A stretch of 20,111 bases of DNA from Parvularia atlantis (Eukaryota), in assembly GCA_943704415.1 (NCBI GenBank), contig CALSCO010000122.1:62001-82111 (forward strand). The letters are read 5' to 3'. The position numbers and the translations under genes are program-made. The notes beneath the pieces were generated by a model, which did no database searches, had not been told where the DNA came from, and saw nothing but the letters and a program-made list of their open reading frames with translations. Positions 19,054-20,111 of the stretch are shown here, piece after piece. Within the stretch, counting starts at the first letter, position 1. The number at the start of each line of letters is the position of its first letter.

Positions 19054-20111
19054 ATGAGCGCGCGGACGGTCGTGGCCAAGCTGCGCGACCTGGCGGCGCT
19101 GCCGCCGAACCGGGCGACGATCGTGCAGGACCAAGGGTGTTTGCCGGGCCTCATCCTCTTCCTCGACTCGCCCGAGCGCGCAGGTGCGGCCGCGTCGCCG
19201 TGTCGCCTGCTGCCTCAATGACCGTTGGACGCGCGCACGCAGTCGTCGTGCTCGCGCTCGAGGCGCTACAGTACCTGTCGCTGTGCGAGTCTAACCGCGC
19301 GGTGATGGCGCGCGAGATGGGCCTGCTCATCAGCATCAACGTCCTGCTCAAGACCGGCGCCGACGACGAGCGCGCCCTCGCCGCCCAGATCAAGCAGGTC
19401 GCCCTCTGCTGCCGGCCCGTCGTGCGCGCGCGCTCATGCCCGCCGCCGCCTCCCGCGCGCGCCAGAACCTTGAGGTGCCCGCGTCGACAGCCGCGCCACT
19501 ACCAGCAGCAGCAGCAACAGCAACAGCATCGGCGGCAGCGCAGGCCTCGCGTGCGCCCCTCGGCGCAAGACCCGCACCGCCCGCGCCGCAGCTGCACGCC
19601 GGCGGCGGCTTCGTGTCCAAGCAGAGCCTTGCGCCCAGCTTCGCGACGGCAGCGGCGCCGGGGATGGGCCACGTGCGCAGCCCGGCCGCGCTGGGGCCGC
19701 GCCGCAGCTTCTCACGTCGCCCCCGCGCGCGCGCCCGCGCAGCCGCTCTCGCCGCCGCAAAAGTCGTTCTTCGTCGGCGTGGCCAACAAGAAGGCCAAGA
19801 CGATCGTGCTGCAGCTGCGTGCGGTCGACGACGGCGCCAACCGCGCGCTGGTGCGGCCTGCCTGCCCGCTGCACCGCGACGCGCTCACGCCGCACGCCCT
19901 CGACGCGCGTGCAGGTCGAAGAGGCGCTGCTGTCGGTCCGCGGCGTCATCTCGTTCACGTTCGACACCGCCCTCGGGCGCGTGAGCGTGCGCGTCAAGCA
20001 CGAGCTCTCGGTCGACACCATCTTCTGCGCCATCCTCAACGTGGACGAGGACCTGGCGCCGCGGCAGGTGCTCAAGAACCTCCAGGGCGAGGCGCGTCGT
20101 CTGCTTCCCCC
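19054..20111 (+). CDS. ARMC1: Armadillo repeat-containing protein 1; 3' end runs off the window; in-frame upstream ATG at 19021
   Basis: [60 protein letters not shown] and [17 protein letters not shown]...[15 protein letters not shown] closely match animal ARMC1 ([51 protein letters not shown], recalled). Confidence 0.92.

Overview
GC-rich, extremely compact eukaryotic genomic DNA, probably from a unicellular opisthokont-like protist (inference from gene content). The ORF track is mostly misleading because the genes are split by about 70 short spliceosomal introns (roughly 42-75 nt; GTGCG-type donors, CTGAC/CTCAC branch points, CAG acceptors). Manual splicing gives 13 genes: ATP sulfurylase (-, partial), V-ATPase accessory Ac45/Voa1-like (+), then eight co-oriented minus-strand genes (in transcription order NASP, flavin amine oxidase, a Pro-rich orphan, AFG2/SPATA5, PINX1, prolyl 4-hydroxylase, FAF2/UBXD8, an NXPE/PC-esterase-like protein), a huntingtin N-terminal fragment (+), REV7/MAD2L2 (-) and ARMC1 (+, partial). 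Main observations: (1) the eight-gene run has stop-to-start spacers of only 19-94 nt, suggesting polycistronic or overlapping transcription; (2) a polyQ-less huntingtin homologue breaks off after about 116 aa at a C18A9 tract and is head-to-head with NASP with 37 nt or less between start codons; (3) about 9 of 70 introns appear to use GC donors, all in phase 0. Gene identities come from remembered motifs, not database searches.
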